64,000 bases of DNA, from positions 9,980-73,979 of the forward strand of contig CAVSCF010000009.1 in NCBI GenBank assembly GCA_963726405.1, read 5' to 3'. The DNA comes from an uncultured beta proteobacterium. GTDB lineage: Bacteria; Pseudomonadota; Gammaproteobacteria; Burkholderiales; Burkholderiaceae_F. This document shows positions 32,523 to 44,253 of the stretch, piece after piece. Each line of letters opens with the position of its first letter. The stretch's first letter is position 1. The translations under genes were made by a program, and so were the position numbers. The notes under the pieces were generated by a model. It saw nothing but the letters and a program-made list of their open reading frames with translations, searched no databases and had not been told where the DNA came from.

Positions 32523-33275
32523 ATGTCAGTCACCATGCGTCAGATGCTGGAGGCCGGTGTTCATTTCGGCCACCAGACACGTTTCTGGAATCCGAAGATG
32601 GCGCCGTTCATCTTCGGTCACCGCAACAAGATCCACATCATCAACCTCGAGCGCACGCTGGACCAGTTCCAGGCGGCGACGAAGTTCGTGCGCCAGCTGA
32701 CCTCGAACCGCGGCACCGTCCTGTTCGTCGGCACCAAGCGCCAGGCCCGCGACACCATCGTCGAGGAGGCCAAGCGCTGCGGCATGCCCTTCGTCGACCA
32801 GCGCTGGCTCGGCGGCATGCTCACCAACTTCAAGACCGTCAAGGTCTCGATCAAGCGCCTGAAGGAGATGGAGCAGATCCTCGCCGACAACGGCACCGAG
32901 CGCATGACGAAGAAGGAAACGCTCGACTTCCACCGTGAAGTGGAAAAGCTCAACAAGTCGATCGGCGGAATCAAGGACATGAACGCGCTGCCGGACGCGC
33001 TGTTCGTGATCGACGTCGGCTATCACAAGATCGCCATCCTGGAAGCCGCCAAGCTCGGCATTCCCGTGGTCGCGGTGGTCGACACCAACCACTCGCCTGA
33101 GAACATCGCCTACGTCATCCCGGGCAACGACGACTCGAGCCGTGCCGTGCGCCTGTATGCGCGCGGCATCGCCGACGCCGTGCTCGAGGGCAAGGCCGCC
33201 GCCCTGGCGGGCGTCGTCCAGGCCGTCACGGGCGGCGACGAGGAATTCGTCGAAATCAGCGAAGGCCAGGAGTAA
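32523..33275 (+). CDS. rpsB: 30S ribosomal protein S2
   Basis: Reads [43 protein letters not shown]... An AAGGAAAG Shine-Dalgarno sequence precedes the ATG. Confidence 0.97.
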   Translation: MSVTMRQMLEAGVHFGHQTRFWNPKMAPFIFGHRNKIHIINLERTLDQFQAATKFVRQLTSNRGTVLFVGTKRQARDTIVEEAKRCGMPFVDQRWLGGMLTNFKTVKVSIKRLKEMEQILADNGTERMTKKETLDFHREVEKLNKSIGGIKDMNALPDALFVIDVGYHKIAILEAAKLGIPVVAVVDTNHSPENIAYVIPGNDDSSRAVRLYARGIADAVLEGKAAALAGVVQAVTGGDEEFVEISEGQE

Positions 33276-33303
33276 CTCGCGCCCGACGTGGCTCACGGCA
33301 ACG

Positions 33304-33325
33304 AAGGGGCGCAAGCCCCTTTTTT
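33304..33325 (+). terminator. intrinsic terminator/attenuator between rpsB and tsf
   Basis: AAGGGGC-GCAA-GCCCCTT stem-loop followed by a T-run (TTTTTT). Confidence 0.7.
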
Positions 33326-33375
33326 GCGATAACGAACACAGATCAACGCACACAACGAACAGGCAGGAGCAGTCA

Positions 33376-34260
33376 ATGGCGGAAATCACCGCTTCGATGG
33401 TGAAGGAACTGCGCGACAAGACCGACGCGCCGATGATGGAGTGCAAGAAGGCGTTGACCGAGGCCGGCGGCGACATGGCCAAGGCCGAGGAGATCCTGCG
33501 CGTCAAGCTGGGCAGCAAGGCGACGAAGGCCGCTTCGCGCATCGCGGCGGAGGGCATGGTCGCGATCAACATCGACGGCGCCGGCAAGCTCGGCGCGATC
33601 GTCGAGGTCAACTCCGAGACCGACTTCGTGGCGAAGAACGACGACTTCATCAAGTTCGGCAAGGACCTCGCCGCGCTCGTCGTCAGCCGCAACCCGGCCG
33701 ACGTCGCCGCCCTGTCGGCGCTGCCGCTCGGCGAAGGCACGGTCGAGACCGCCCGCACCGCGCTCATCGGCAAGATCGGCGAGAACATCAACGTGCGACG
33801 CTTCGCGCGGCTGCAGGCCAAGGGCACGCTGGCGCACTACGTGCACGGGGGCAGCAAGATCGGCGTGCTTCTCGACCTGACCGGCGGCGACGCCGATCTC
33901 GGCCGCGACATCGCCATGCACATCGCGGCGTCCAAGCCGAAGGCGCTCGACGCCACCGGCGTTCCGGCCGACCTGCTTGACACCGAGCGGCGCATCGCGG
34001 TGGAGAAGGCGCGCGAGGCCGGCAAGCCGGAGGCGATGCTCGACAAGATCGCCGAGGGCACCGTCCAGAAGTACCTCAAGGAGGTCACGCTGCTGGGCCA
34101 GGTGTTCGTCAAGGCCGAAGACGGCAAGCAGACGATCGAGCAGTTGCTGAAGGCGCGGGGCGCGAGCGTCAACGATTTCGTGCTTTACGTGGTGGGCGAG
34201 GGTATCGCCAAGAAGCAGAGTGACTTCGCGGCCGAAGTGGCCGCGGCCGCGCGCGGCTGA
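33376..34260 (+). CDS. tsf: elongation factor Ts
   Basis: Reads [42 protein letters not shown].. Confidence 0.97.
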   Translation: MAEITASMVKELRDKTDAPMMECKKALTEAGGDMAKAEEILRVKLGSKATKAASRIAAEGMVAINIDGAGKLGAIVEVNSETDFVAKNDDFIKFGKDLAALVVSRNPADVAALSALPLGEGTVETARTALIGKIGENINVRRFARLQAKGTLAHYVHGGSKIGVLLDLTGGDADLGRDIAMHIAASKPKALDATGVPADLLDTERRIAVEKAREAGKPEAMLDKIAEGTVQKYLKEVTLLGQVFVKAEDGKQTIEQLLKARGASVNDFVLYVVGEGIAKKQSDFAAEVAAAARG

Positions 34261-34287
34261 TTGCCGCCTGCCGGCGGAGGAGAGGCG

Positions 34288-35013
34288 ATGACTGCAGCTA
34301 ATGGTGCCGCCTATCGACGGGTCCTGCTGAAACTGTCGGGCGAATCGCTGATGGGCGAGGATTCCTTCGGTATCAATCGCGCGACGGTCGAGTCGATGGT
34401 GGCCGACATCGGCGAAGTCGTGGGCCTCGGGGTGGAGGTCGCCATCGTGATCGGCGGCGGCAACATCTTCCGGGGCGTGGCGCTCGGCGCCGCCGGGATG
34501 GACCGCGCCACCGCCGACTACATGGGCATGATGGCGACCATCATGAACGCGATGGCGCTGCAGGATGCGATGCGCCGCGCCGGTGTCGAGGCGCGCGTGC
34601 AGTCGGCGCTCAACATCGAGCAGGTGGTCGAACCGTACATCCGGCCCAAGGCCCTGCGCTACCTCGAGGAAGGGTGGGTCGTGATCTTCGCGGCCGGCAC
34701 CGGCAATCCCTTCTTCACGACCGACACCGCGGCGGCACTGCGCGGCTCGGAAGTCGGCGCACAGATCGTGCTCAAGGCGACCAAGGTGGACGGCGTGTAT
34801 TCGGCCGATCCCAAGAAGGACCCGAAGGCGACGCGCTACGCGACGATCACGTTCGACGAGGCACTCGCGCGCAACCTGCAGATCATGGACGCGACCGCGT
34901 TCGCGCTGTGCCGCGACCAGCGCCTGCCGATCAAGGTATTCAATATCACGAAGCCCGGCGCGCTCAAGCGCGTGGTGATGGGCGAGGACGAGGGCACACT
35001 CGTCCATGTATAG
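34288..35013 (+). CDS. pyrH: UMP kinase
   Basis: Reads ..[39 protein letters not shown].. Confidence 0.96.
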   Translation: MTAANGAAYRRVLLKLSGESLMGEDSFGINRATVESMVADIGEVVGLGVEVAIVIGGGNIFRGVALGAAGMDRATADYMGMMATIMNAMALQDAMRRAGVEARVQSALNIEQVVEPYIRPKALRYLEEGWVVIFAAGTGNPFFTTDTAAALRGSEVGAQIVLKATKVDGVYSADPKKDPKATRYATITFDEALARNLQIMDATAFALCRDQRLPIKVFNITKPGALKRVVMGEDEGTLVHV

Positions 35014-35037
35014 GTCTCGCGATCGAGGAGAGGAACG

Positions 35038-35598
35038 ATGAGCATCCAGGAAATCCATAAATCGACCGAGCAGAAGATGCAGAAGTCCGTGGAGGCGCTG
35101 AAGCACGACTACGCCAAGATCCGTACCGGGCGCGCGCACACCGGACTGCTGGATCACATCACGGTCGATTACTACGGCTCGATGGTGCCGCTGTCCCAGG
35201 TGGCGCAGGTCGGACTCGGCGACGCGCGCACGATCACCGTGCAGCCGTGGGAGAAGAAGATGATCCCGGCGGTCGAGAAGGCCATCCGCGACTCCGACCT
35301 CGGGCTGAACCCGGCCACCAGCGGCGATGTCGTGCGCGTGCCGATGCCCGCCCTGACCGAGCAGCGGCGCAAGGACCTCGTGAAGGTCGTCCGGCACGAG
35401 GGCGAGAACGCCAAGGTGGCCGTGCGCAACCTGCGGCGCGATGCCAACCACGGCGTCAAGGAACTGCTGAAGGCCAAGCAGGTCTCGGAAGACGAGGACC
35501 GGCGCGCCGAAGAGGCGATCCAGAAGATGACCGACCGCTACGTGTCGGAGATCGACAAGATGATTGCGGAGAAGGAAAAGGAAGTGATGACGGTCTAG
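35038..35598 (+). CDS. frr: ribosome recycling factor
   Basis: The 186-aa ORF reads ..[27 protein letters not shown].. Confidence 0.97.
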   Translation: MSIQEIHKSTEQKMQKSVEALKHDYAKIRTGRAHTGLLDHITVDYYGSMVPLSQVAQVGLGDARTITVQPWEKKMIPAVEKAIRDSDLGLNPATSGDVVRVPMPALTEQRRKDLVKVVRHEGENAKVAVRNLRRDANHGVKELLKAKQVSEDEDRRAEEAIQKMTDRYVSEIDKMIAEKEKEVMTV

Positions 35599-35623
35599 CG
35601 CCGCCATCGGCCCGGCCGCCCTC

Positions 35624-36397
35624 ATGCTGCGCGACTCCCTGCCTTCGATCGACGTGACCGCGCCGCGCGTGCCCCGGCATGTCGCGATCATCATGGACGG
35701 CAACGGCCGCTGGGCGAAGGCGCGGGGCAAGCCGCGTGTCTTCGGCCACACCCGCGGGGTGGACGCCGTGCGCGCCTCGCTGCAGGCGTGCGGCGAGCGC
35801 GGCATCGAATACCTGACGCTGTTCGCCTTCAGCTCCGAGAACTGGCGGCGCCCGCCGGACGAAGTGTCGACGCTGATGAAGCTCTTCGTGTCGGCACTCC
35901 GGCGCGAAGTGGCCAAGCTGCTCGAGCTTGGCGTGCGCATGCGCGTCGTCGGCGATCTGTCCGCGTTCGACAGCGAGTTGCGCCGGCTGATCGTCGAGTC
36001 CGAGCAGAAGACCGCACACAACTCCAGGCTGCAACTGACCATCTGCGCGAACTACGGCGGTCGCTGGGACATCGCGCAGGCGGCCAGCCGGGCCTCGGCC
36101 GCGCGCAACGTCGACGGACCGGTCGTGCTGACGGAAGACGACATCGCGGAGCATCTCGCGCTGTCGTTCGCGCCCGATCCCGACCTCCTGATCCGCACGG
36201 GCGGAGAGCGCCGTGTCAGCAACTTCCTGCTATGGCAGCTCGCCTACGCGGAACTGCACTTCACCGACACGCTGTGGCCGGACTTCGACGCGGCCGAGCT
36301 CGACCGTGCGCTCGCGTGGTACGCCACGCGGCAGCGCCGGTTCGGCATGACGGGCGAGCAGGTCGGCGACGCGCCGCCGGTCGCGAACGTGGCCTGA
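35624..36397 (+). CDS. uppS: undecaprenyl diphosphate synthase
   Basis: Reads [46 protein letters not shown]. Confidence 0.93.
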   Translation: MLRDSLPSIDVTAPRVPRHVAIIMDGNGRWAKARGKPRVFGHTRGVDAVRASLQACGERGIEYLTLFAFSSENWRRPPDEVSTLMKLFVSALRREVAKLLELGVRMRVVGDLSAFDSELRRLIVESEQKTAHNSRLQLTICANYGGRWDIAQAASRASAARNVDGPVVLTEDDIAEHLALSFAPDPDLLIRTGGERRVSNFLLWQLAYAELHFTDTLWPDFDAAELDRALAWYATRQRRFGMTGEQVGDAPPVANVA

Positions 36398-36401
36398 GCG
36401 C

Positions 36402-37229
36402 GTGCTGAAGCAGCGGGTCATCACCGCCGTCGTCCTCCTCGTGCTGCTGGTCGGCGCGCTCGCGTGGTCGTCGCTCGCGTTCGAACTGCTGGCCACGGTG
36501 GCCGTCGCCGCCGCGCTGGGCGAGTGGATGCAGCTCGTCGGCTGGCCACGCGCGGTCGCCGTCGTCGGCGCCGCGGTCTTCGGCCTCGTGCTGCTGGCCG
36601 CGGCGCTCGCGGCGCCGGAATGGATCGAGCGTGCGCTGGTGCCCCTGAGCGTCCTGGCCACGATCGTCTGGGGCGCGCTGGCGGTGCTGCTGCTGCAGGC
36701 CGACGCCATGGCGCTGCGCATGCCGCGTGGCGCGTCCACGGCGCTCGCCGTGCTGATGACCGCCGCTGCCTGGGTCGCGCTCGTGCACTTCCTGCTCGAA
36801 GGCGTGGTCGTGCTGTTTTCCGTGCTGGTCATCGTCTGGCTCGCCGACACCGCCGCCTACTTCGCCGGACGCGCCTTCGGCAAGCGCAAGCTCGCGCCGC
36901 ACATCAGCCCGGGCAAGACGTGGGCGGGTGTGGCGGGCGCCATCGTTGCCGTCATCGCTGTCGCGCTGATCGCGCGCCAGGTGGCGCCGGGGGCGGACCT
37001 GCTGTCCAACCGGTTGTTCGCGAGCCTCGGGGTGGTCGGGGCCGTGCTGCTCGCCGCAATCGTCCTGCTATCCATCGTCGGCGACCTTTTCGAGAGCCTG
37101 CTGAAGCGCCAGGCCGGGGTGAAGGACAGCAGCCATCTCCTGCCCGGGCACGGCGGCTTCTACGACAGGATCGACGCGCTGTTGCCGACGCTGCCGCTGG
37201 CCGCCTTGCTCGAATGGATCGCGCGATGA
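36402..37229 (+). CDS. cdsA: phosphatidate cytidylyltransferase
   Basis: A 275-aa polytopic membrane ORF (GTG start) with the CDS signature ..SLLKRQAGVKDSSHLLPGHGGFYDRIDALL. Confidence 0.9.
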   Translation: MLKQRVITAVVLLVLLVGALAWSSLAFELLATVAVAAALGEWMQLVGWPRAVAVVGAAVFGLVLLAAALAAPEWIERALVPLSVLATIVWGALAVLLLQADAMALRMPRGASTALAVLMTAAAWVALVHFLLEGVVVLFSVLVIVWLADTAAYFAGRAFGKRKLAPHISPGKTWAGVAGAIVAVIAVALIARQVAPGADLLSNRLFASLGVVGAVLLAAIVLLSIVGDLFESLLKRQAGVKDSSHLLPGHGGFYDRIDALLPTLPLAALLEWIAR

Positions 37230-38392
37230 TGCAGTCGGTGACCATCCTCGGTGCGACCGGGTCGATCGGCACCAGCGCGCTCGACGTGATTGCGCGCCAC
37301 CCGGAGAGATACCGCGTGCACGCGCTCACCGCTCAGAGCAGCGTGGACGCGCTGGCCGACCTCGCGCAGCGGTTCCGGCCGGAGGTCGTCGTGATCGGCG
37401 ATCCCGACCTCGAACCGTCGCTGCGCCTCGCGCTGAAAAGTCGCGGCGCTACCGCGCGCGTGGCCGCCGGGCGCGACGCGCTCGTCGACGTCGCGCGCGC
37501 GCCGCAAGTCGATACGGTTCTCTCCGCCATCGTCGGCGCCGCCGGGCTGGTTCCGACGCTCGCCGCGGCGGAGGCGGGCAAGCGACTGCTCCTGGCGAAC
37601 AAGGAGGCGATCGTCTGCGCGGGCGAACTCCTGATGGCGGCCGTGCGTCGCGGCCGGGCGGTGCTGCTGCCGGTCGACAGCGAGCACAACGCCATTCACC
37701 AGTGCCTGGCCGGTGTCCGCGAATCGGAACGCGACCGTGCGCGCCTGGTGCTCACCGCGTCGGGCGGTCCCTTCCGCAACCGGATGGATCTCGAGGACGT
37801 CACGCCGGACGAGGCGTGCGCGCATCCGAACTGGGTCATGGGACGCAAGATCTCGGTCGACTCCGCGACCCTGATGAACAAGGGCCTCGAGGTGATCGAG
37901 GCCAGCTGGCTGTTCGGCATCCCGGTGGACCGCATCGACGTCGTGATCCATCCGCAGAGCGTGATCCATTCGATGGTCGAGTTTCCGGACGGTTCGGTGC
38001 TGGCGCAGATGGGCACGCCCGACATGCGTACTCCGCTTGCTTACGCGCTGGCATGGCCGGAGCGGTTGGCCAGTGGCGCGCAGCGGCTCGACTTCATGGG
38101 ACTGACCGCGCTCACCTTCGAGGAACCGGACCGCAGGCGGTTTCCCTGCCTCGGCTTCGCCTATGCGGCGCTGCGCCATGGGCGCGGCGCGAGCGCGGTG
38201 CTGAACGCCGCCAACGAAGTCGCTGTCCAAGCGTTCCTGGACGGGCGCTTGCGGTTCACCGAAATCGCGGCGACCATCGAACGCGTCCTCGAGAAGTTCG
38301 ATCCGGCGGCTCCGGCCGGGATCGACGAAGTTCTCGAGATCGACCGCCGCGCGCGCGATGTCGCCGCCGGCATGCTGCCAACGAGGGCCTGA
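37226..38392 (+). CDS. dxr: 1-deoxy-D-xylulose-5-phosphate reductoisomerase
   Basis: The ATG overlaps the cdsA stop (ATGA). Reads ILGATGSIGTSALDV..LANKEA..VDSEHNAIHQC.. Confidence 0.95.
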   Translation: MMQSVTILGATGSIGTSALDVIARHPERYRVHALTAQSSVDALADLAQRFRPEVVVIGDPDLEPSLRLALKSRGATARVAAGRDALVDVARAPQVDTVLSAIVGAAGLVPTLAAAEAGKRLLLANKEAIVCAGELLMAAVRRGRAVLLPVDSEHNAIHQCLAGVRESERDRARLVLTASGGPFRNRMDLEDVTPDEACAHPNWVMGRKISVDSATLMNKGLEVIEASWLFGIPVDRIDVVIHPQSVIHSMVEFPDGSVLAQMGTPDMRTPLAYALAWPERLASGAQRLDFMGLTALTFEEPDRRRFPCLGFAYAALRHGRGASAVLNAANEVAVQAFLDGRLRFTEIAATIERVLEKFDPAAPAGIDEVLEIDRRARDVAAGMLPTRA

Positions 38393-38398
38393 GGCTCA

Positions 38399-39751
38399 AT
38401 GACTCTGCTGACGACCATCGCCGCCTTCCTGATCACGCTCGGCATCCTGATCGTGGTCCACGAGTACGGCCATTACTGGGTGGCCCGCAAGTGCGGCGTC
38501 AAGGTCTTGCGCTTCTCGATCGGCTTCGGCCGGCCGCTCAAGCGCTGGGTGCGTGGCGAAGACAAGACCGAGTGGGTCATTGCCACCATGCCGCTTGGCG
38601 GTTACGTGCGCATGCTCGACGAGCGCGATCCCGATTGCGCGCCGATCGCCCCGGCCGACCTGCCGCGCAGCTTCAATCGCCAGTCGGTGTGGAAGCGCAT
38701 TGCCATCGTGCTCGCCGGGCCGGCGGCCAATCTTCTGCTCGCGATCGCGGTCTACTGGGTGCTCAACGTCGTCGGTGTGATGGAGCCGCAGCCGCTGCTC
38801 GGCAATCCGCCCGCGGCCACGGCGGCCGCACGCGCCGGTGTCGCGGCGGGCGACCGCGTGGTGGAGATCGACGGCGACGAAGTGCGTTCCTGGAACGAAC
38901 TGCGCTGGCTGCTGCTTCAGAGCGCCGTCGGTGGCAAGCCGATATCGCTGCAGGTCGAGCGCACGGATGCCTCCCGGCGCGCGCTCACGCTCGACCCTGC
39001 GGGCGCCGTCACCCAGGACCTCGAAGGCGACATCATCGGCCGGCTGGGGATCGTCCCGTACAGCGGGCCGCCGCGCGTCGGCCGGGTGGCCGAGGGCAGC
39101 GCCGCCGCGCGTGCGGGGCTGCTGGTGGGCGACCGCGTCGTTGCGGTCGAAGGGCAGCCCATCGATTCGGCGCGGGCGCTGATCGAACGCATCCGCGCGG
39201 CCGCCGACAAGACGCTCACGCTGACCGTCGAGCGCGACGGCCGCACGTTGCGGATCGAAGTCACGCCGAGCCGTGTCAGCGACGAGGGCGGCAAGTCGTT
39301 CGGCCGCATGGGCGCCGAACTGAACGATCGTCCGCCGTTGATGAAGGTGCAGTACGGCCCGGTCGAAAGCGTCGGGCTCGCGGCCCGCAAGACGGTCGAC
39401 ACCGCCGTGTTCTCGCTCAAGATGCTCGGCAAGATGGTCACGGGCGAGGCGTCGTGGAAGAACCTGTCCGGCCCGGTGACGATCGCCGATTACGCGGGGC
39501 AGACCGCACGCGTGGGGCTCGCCGCGTTCATGAGCTTTCTCGCTCTCGTGTCGATCAGTCTTGCGGTGCTGAATCTGCTGCCCATCCCGATGCTCGACGG
39601 AGGGCACTTACTGTATTATTTCATCGAGATACTCAAGGGCAGCCCGCCAGCCGAATGGGTCGTCGAGTGGGGGCAGCGCGCCGGGGTCGCGTTGCTCGGA
39701 CTCTTGACGGTGCTGGCGCTATACAACGATCTGATCCGGCTGCTCTCCTGA
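38399..39751 (+). CDS. rseP: RIP zinc metalloprotease RseP
   Basis: HEYGHYWVA (HExxH), two PDZ-like regions and the NLLPIPMLDGGH motif. Confidence 0.93.
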   Translation: MTLLTTIAAFLITLGILIVVHEYGHYWVARKCGVKVLRFSIGFGRPLKRWVRGEDKTEWVIATMPLGGYVRMLDERDPDCAPIAPADLPRSFNRQSVWKRIAIVLAGPAANLLLAIAVYWVLNVVGVMEPQPLLGNPPAATAAARAGVAAGDRVVEIDGDEVRSWNELRWLLLQSAVGGKPISLQVERTDASRRALTLDPAGAVTQDLEGDIIGRLGIVPYSGPPRVGRVAEGSAAARAGLLVGDRVVAVEGQPIDSARALIERIRAAADKTLTLTVERDGRTLRIEVTPSRVSDEGGKSFGRMGAELNDRPPLMKVQYGPVESVGLAARKTVDTAVFSLKMLGKMVTGEASWKNLSGPVTIADYAGQTARVGLAAFMSFLALVSISLAVLNLLPIPMLDGGHLLYYFIEILKGSPPAEWVVEWGQRAGVALLGLLTVLALYNDLIRLLS

Positions 39752-39782
39752 TCCGCATCCACATCGGTACTGGAACCGGAAG

Positions 39783-42173
39783 TTGAATCGTCGCGAGTCC
39801 ACTCGGCGGCGCGTGCCTGCAGCCTTGCGCCGCGTCGTCGCGGCGGTGGTTGCCGCGTACTGCGTCAGTGCCTTCGGGCAGGAGTTCGTTGTCCGCGACA
39901 TCCGCGTCGAGGGCGTCCAGCGCACCGAGCCCGGCACCGTGTTCAGCTACCTGCCCGTCCGCGTCGGCGATCGCTTCGATCCTGAGCGCGGCACGCAGGC
40001 CATCCGGGCGCTCTATGCGAGCGGGCTCTTCAAGGACGTGAGGCTCGAGGTCGACGGCGACGTGCTTGTCGTGGTGGTCGAAGAGCGTCCCGCGGTCTCG
40101 GCGGTCGACATTTCCGGCGTGAAGGAATTCGACCGGGAACAGGTGCTGAAGTCGCTGCGCGACGTGGGCCTGGCCGAAGGGCGCATCTTCGACCGTTCGC
40201 TTCTCGACCGCGCTGAACAGGAGCTGCGGCGCCAGTACCTGTCGCGCGGCCTCTACGGTGTGGAGGTGAAGACGACGGTCACGCCGATCGAGCGCAACCG
40301 CGTCAACGTATCGATGGTCGTCAACGAGGGCGACGTCTCGCGGATCCGCTCCATCACCTTTACCGGCAACAACGTCTACGGCGACTCGACGCTGCGCGGC
40401 GTGATGGAACTGTCGACGCCCAACTGGCTGTCCTGGTACACCAAGCGCGACCAGTACTCGCGCCAGAAGCTGGGGGCCGACCTCGAGGGCGTGCGCTCGT
40501 ACTACCTGAACCGGGGCTACCTCGATTTCCGCATCGAGTCGACGCAGGTCTCGATCAGCCCCGACAAGAACGACATCTTCATCAACATCAACGTCTCCGA
40601 GGGCGAGCGCTACACGGTGTCCGGCGTCAAGCTTTCGGGCGAAATGCTCGGCCTCGAAGAGGAGCTGAACGCGCTGATCGACGTGAAGCCGGGCGAGGTG
40701 TTCAACGCGGAGAGACTCAACACCGTCGCCAAGCGCGTCACCGACCGGATGGCGACGCTGGGCTACGCATTCGCCTCGGCGAACCCGATTCCGGAGGCGG
40801 ACAAGGACAAGCGCGAGGTGGCCTTCACCATCGTCGTCGATCCCGGCCGCCGCGTGTACGTGCGCCGCGTGAACATCGCCGGCAACTCGCGCACCCGTGA
40901 CGAGGTGATCCGGCGCGAAATCCGCCAGTACGAATCGGCGTGGTTCGACTCCGAGAAGGTGCGGCTGTCGCGCGACCGCATCGACCGGCTCGGTTTCTTC
41001 GAGTCGGTCGCCATCGAAACGCCGGCCGTGCCGAGCGCGCCCGACCAGGTCGACGTCAATGTCACGGTCAAGGAGCGTGCCACCGGAAACATCAGCCTCG
41101 GGGCCGGGTATTCGAGCACCGAGGGCCTGATCATCACGGCGGGCCTGTCCCAGCAGAACCTGTTCGGCTCCGGCAACGCGCTGTCGCTCGAGATCAACAC
41201 GAGTTCCGCCAACCGGGTGATCGCGATCTCCCACACCGATCCGTACGTCACGACGGAGGGCATCAGCCGTACCGTCGAACTGTTCGATCGCCGCTCGGAC
41301 CTCGCGGAACTGGGACTGTCGAACGTCGGCTACTCCACGCGCGGCATGGGCCTCGTCTACGGCGTGCCCTTCACGGAGTTCGACCGCGTCTTCTTCGGTC
41401 TGCGCTATGAGAACACCACGATCGACCTGACGCCGTTCTCGCCGCTGCGCTACGTCCAGTACGTGCGCGAGTTCGGCGAGACGTCGTCTTCGCTGGCCTT
41501 CACGACCGGGTGGTCACGCGACAACCGCGACAACCTGCTCGTACCCCAGAAGGGCACTTATCAGCGCGCGTTCGCCGAAGTCGGCCTGCCGGTGCTCGAC
41601 CTGCAGTATTACCGCCTGAGCTACCAGTACCAGCAGTTCTGGCCGCTCTTCAACCGCGTCACGCTCGGCTTCAATACGGAAGTCGGCTACGGCGACGGGT
41701 ACCAGGGCGACCCGTATCCGTTCTTCAAGAACTTCTACGCCGGGGGCATCGGTAGCGTCCGCGGCTACGAGGGCGGCAGCCTCGGGCCGCGGGACCTCCA
41801 GGGCAATCCGCTGGGCGGCAACCGCCGGTTCAACGCTTCGCTGGAGACGCTGGTGCCCTTGCCGGGCGCGGACCGGACGCTGCGGGCACTCGCCTTCTTC
41901 GACATGGGGCAGGTCTGGGGCCAGAACGTCCTGTGTCCGGACGGGTCGGCTCCCACGTTCTCGACGAGCACGACGGTGGTCTGCCCGACGTCGGGCAACC
42001 CGATCTATACAAACCAGAGAGTCGACTTCGGCGACCTGCGTTTCTCGACGGGCGTCGGCTTGGCCTGGATCTCGCCGATCGGTCCGTTGAAGCTTTCCTA
42101 TGCCTACCCGATCAACAGCAAGCCGGGCGACCGACTGCAGCGCTTCCAGTTCCAGATCGGCACCGGCTTCTGA
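39783..42173 (+). CDS. bamA: outer membrane protein assembly factor BamA
   Basis: The 796-aa ORF has POTRA repeats (VRDIRVEG..) and a C-terminal beta-barrel ending ..FQFQIGTGF. The exact start (TTG at 39783) is uncertain. Confidence 0.95.
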   Translation: MNRRESTRRRVPAALRRVVAAVVAAYCVSAFGQEFVVRDIRVEGVQRTEPGTVFSYLPVRVGDRFDPERGTQAIRALYASGLFKDVRLEVDGDVLVVVVEERPAVSAVDISGVKEFDREQVLKSLRDVGLAEGRIFDRSLLDRAEQELRRQYLSRGLYGVEVKTTVTPIERNRVNVSMVVNEGDVSRIRSITFTGNNVYGDSTLRGVMELSTPNWLSWYTKRDQYSRQKLGADLEGVRSYYLNRGYLDFRIESTQVSISPDKNDIFININVSEGERYTVSGVKLSGEMLGLEEELNALIDVKPGEVFNAERLNTVAKRVTDRMATLGYAFASANPIPEADKDKREVAFTIVVDPGRRVYVRRVNIAGNSRTRDEVIRREIRQYESAWFDSEKVRLSRDRIDRLGFFESVAIETPAVPSAPDQVDVNVTVKERATGNISLGAGYSSTEGLIITAGLSQQNLFGSGNALSLEINTSSANRVIAISHTDPYVTTEGISRTVELFDRRSDLAELGLSNVGYSTRGMGLVYGVPFTEFDRVFFGLRYENTTIDLTPFSPLRYVQYVREFGETSSSLAFTTGWSRDNRDNLLVPQKGTYQRAFAEVGLPVLDLQYYRLSYQYQQFWPLFNRVTLGFNTEVGYGDGYQGDPYPFFKNFYAGGIGSVRGYEGGSLGPRDLQGNPLGGNRRFNASLETLVPLPGADRTLRALAFFDMGQVWGQNVLCPDGSAPTFSTSTTVVCPTSGNPIYTNQRVDFGDLRFSTGVGLAWISPIGPLKLSYAYPINSKPGDRLQRFQFQIGTGF

Positions 42174-42209
42174 TATGGCAGAATCCCGAGCTTCGAAGGA
42201 GTCAGGACG

Positions 42210-42719
42210 ATGACCAAACAAGGGGTCGCGGCGCTGGTGGCCGTTGCGCTGATAGCCGGGGCACCGCTCGCCTATGCCCAGGACCTGAAGATCGGCGTCG
42301 TCAACTCGGACCGCCTCCTGCGCGATTCCAATCCCGCGCGAACGGCGATGCAGAAGCTTGAAGCCGAATTTTCGAAGCGCGACAAGGAACTGCAGGAAAT
42401 CGGCGCCCGGCTCAAGACCTCCGCCGAACGCTTCGAGAAGGACTCGCCGGTGATGACCGAGACCGACCGCGCGCGGCGGCAACGCGAGCTCGCCGAGATG
42501 GACCGCGAGTTCCAGCGCAAGCAGCGCGAGTTCCGCGAGGATTTCAACCAGCGTCGCAACGAGGAACTGCAGGCGCTGCTCGAGCGGACCAACCGGATCA
42601 TCCGGCAGATGGCGGAGCAGGAGAAGTACGACCTGATCCTGCAGGAAGCGGTGTATTTCAATCCCCGCATCGACATCACCGAGAAGGTCCTGCGGGTCCT
42701 GAACAACGGCCCGCGGTAA
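42210..42719 (+). CDS. skp: periplasmic chaperone Skp (OmpH family)
   Basis: The 169-aa ORF has a signal peptide, then ..[13 protein letters not shown].. and a coiled-coil-rich body. Its position between bamA and lpxD fits. Confidence 0.88.
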   Translation: MTKQGVAALVAVALIAGAPLAYAQDLKIGVVNSDRLLRDSNPARTAMQKLEAEFSKRDKELQEIGARLKTSAERFEKDSPVMTETDRARRQRELAEMDREFQRKQREFREDFNQRRNEELQALLERTNRIIRQMAEQEKYDLILQEAVYFNPRIDITEKVLRVLNNGPR

Positions 42720-42724
42720 TCCCG

Positions 42725-43804
42725 ATGCCGGCGAGCGCACGGTCGCTGGCCGACCTGACTGCCGCCGTCGGCCGCGCAAGCGGTGGCCGCCTCGCGGCAA
42801 CCATCCAGGGCTCCGCCGATACCCGCATTGACGGCCTCGCCCCGCTGGTCTCGGCCGGCGCGACCCATCTCGCTTTCCTCGCCAACCCGCGCTATCGCAA
42901 CGACGCCCTGACCACGCGCGCCGGCGCGGTGGTCGTGTCGCCGGCGAGCGCACATCAACTGGCATCCTCCGGCCAGGCCGTGCCGACGCTCGTCGTCGTC
43001 GACGAGCCCTACGCGTGGTTCGCGTATGCCGCGCAGGTGCTGCATCCGGCGGATCCCGCGGCGCCGGGCGTTGCGAGGGAAGCATCGGTCGCGTCATCGG
43101 CGCAGGTCGATGCGACCGCCTGCATCGAGGCCGGCGCGTTCGTCGGCGAGCGGGCCACGATCGGCCCCGGGGCGCGCGTCGGCGCCGGTGCCGTCGTCGG
43201 AGCCGACGCGGTGATCGGTGCCCATTCCCGCCTGCATCCCCGTGCCGTCGTGCTCGACGGCTGCCGCCTCGGCGAACGCTGCATCGTTCACAGTGGGGCG
43301 GTCATCGGCGCCGACGGTTTCGGTTTCGCACCGCTCGATGGGCGCTGGGTGAAGATCCCGCAGCTCGGTGCCGTGGTGATCGGCAGCGACGTCGAGATCG
43401 GCGCCAACACGACCGTGGACCGCGGCACGATGGGCGACACGGTGATCGAGGACGGCGTCAAGCTCGACAACCAGATCCAGGTGGCCCACAACTGCGTCGT
43501 GGGCGCCCACACGGTGATCGCCGGCTGCGTCGGCATTGCCGGCAGCGCACGCATCGGCCGCGGCTGCCAGATCGGGGGAGCGGCGATGATCGCGGGCCAC
43601 ATCAGCATCGCCGACGGCTGCGCGATCGGCCCCGGGACGCTGGTCGCCAGTTCGCTGACCGAGCCGGGTCACTACACCGGCTTCTTCCCCCTGATGAAGA
43701 ACCGCGACTGGGAGCGCGCTGCCGCCATCATTCGCAATCTGGACGACCTGCGCGACCGGCTGCGCCAGCTCGAGGCACTGCAGCGCCAAGGAAAGCAATC
43801 ATGA
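42725..43804 (+). CDS. lpxD: UDP-3-O-acylglucosamine N-acyltransferase
   Basis: The 359-aa ORF has left-handed beta-helix hexapeptide repeats, in the conserved gene order. Confidence 0.95.
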   Translation: MPASARSLADLTAAVGRASGGRLAATIQGSADTRIDGLAPLVSAGATHLAFLANPRYRNDALTTRAGAVVVSPASAHQLASSGQAVPTLVVVDEPYAWFAYAAQVLHPADPAAPGVAREASVASSAQVDATACIEAGAFVGERATIGPGARVGAGAVVGADAVIGAHSRLHPRAVVLDGCRLGERCIVHSGAVIGADGFGFAPLDGRWVKIPQLGAVVIGSDVEIGANTTVDRGTMGDTVIEDGVKLDNQIQVAHNCVVGAHTVIAGCVGIAGSARIGRGCQIGGAAMIAGHISIADGCAIGPGTLVASSLTEPGHYTGFFPLMKNRDWERAAAIIRNLDDLRDRLRQLEALQRQGKQS

Positions 43805-44253
43805 AGATGGACATCCACGAAATCCTGCGCAAGCTGCCTCACCGTTATCCGATCATCCTCGTCGACCGCGTGCTCGAACTCGTGCCCGGCGAGCGCGTCG
43901 TGGCGCTGAAGAACGTCACGATCAACGAACCGTATTTCATGGGTCACTTTCCGGGTCATCCCGTCATGCCCGGCGTGCTCATCATCGAAGCGCTCGCGCA
44001 GGCCTGCGCGATCCTTGCCTTCGTGACCCTGGAAGCGAAGGAGGGCGACGGCACGCTCTTCTACTTCGCCGGCATCGACGCCACCCGCTTCAAGAAGCCC
44101 GTGATCCCGGGCGACCAGTTGCGACTCGAAGCGGAGATGGGACGGGTCAAGCGCGGCGTGGGCAAGTTCACCGGACGCGCGCTGGTCGACGGCCAGGTGG
44201 TCTGCGAGACCGAGATGATGTGCGCGGTCCGCAAGACGGGCGAGGGCGCCTGA
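43801..44253 (+). CDS. fabZ: 3-hydroxyacyl-ACP dehydratase
   Basis: Reads ..[33 protein letters not shown]... The ATG overlaps the lpxD stop. Confidence 0.96.
   Translation: MKMDIHEILRKLPHRYPIILVDRVLELVPGERVVALKNVTINEPYFMGHFPGHPVMPGVLIIEALAQACAILAFVTLEAKEGDGTLFYFAGIDATRFKKPVIPGDQLRLEAEMGRVKRGVGKFTGRALVDGQVVCETEMMCAVRKTGEGA

Noticed and set aside
39601-39640. A short AT-rich codon run in rseP (cac tta ctg tat tat ttc atc gag ata), considered as an internal promoter for bamA.
   Set aside because: It is only about 35 nt and coincides with the conserved LDGGHLLYYFIE motif. I could not find -35/-10 elements with proper spacing, so this is too weak to report as a feature.
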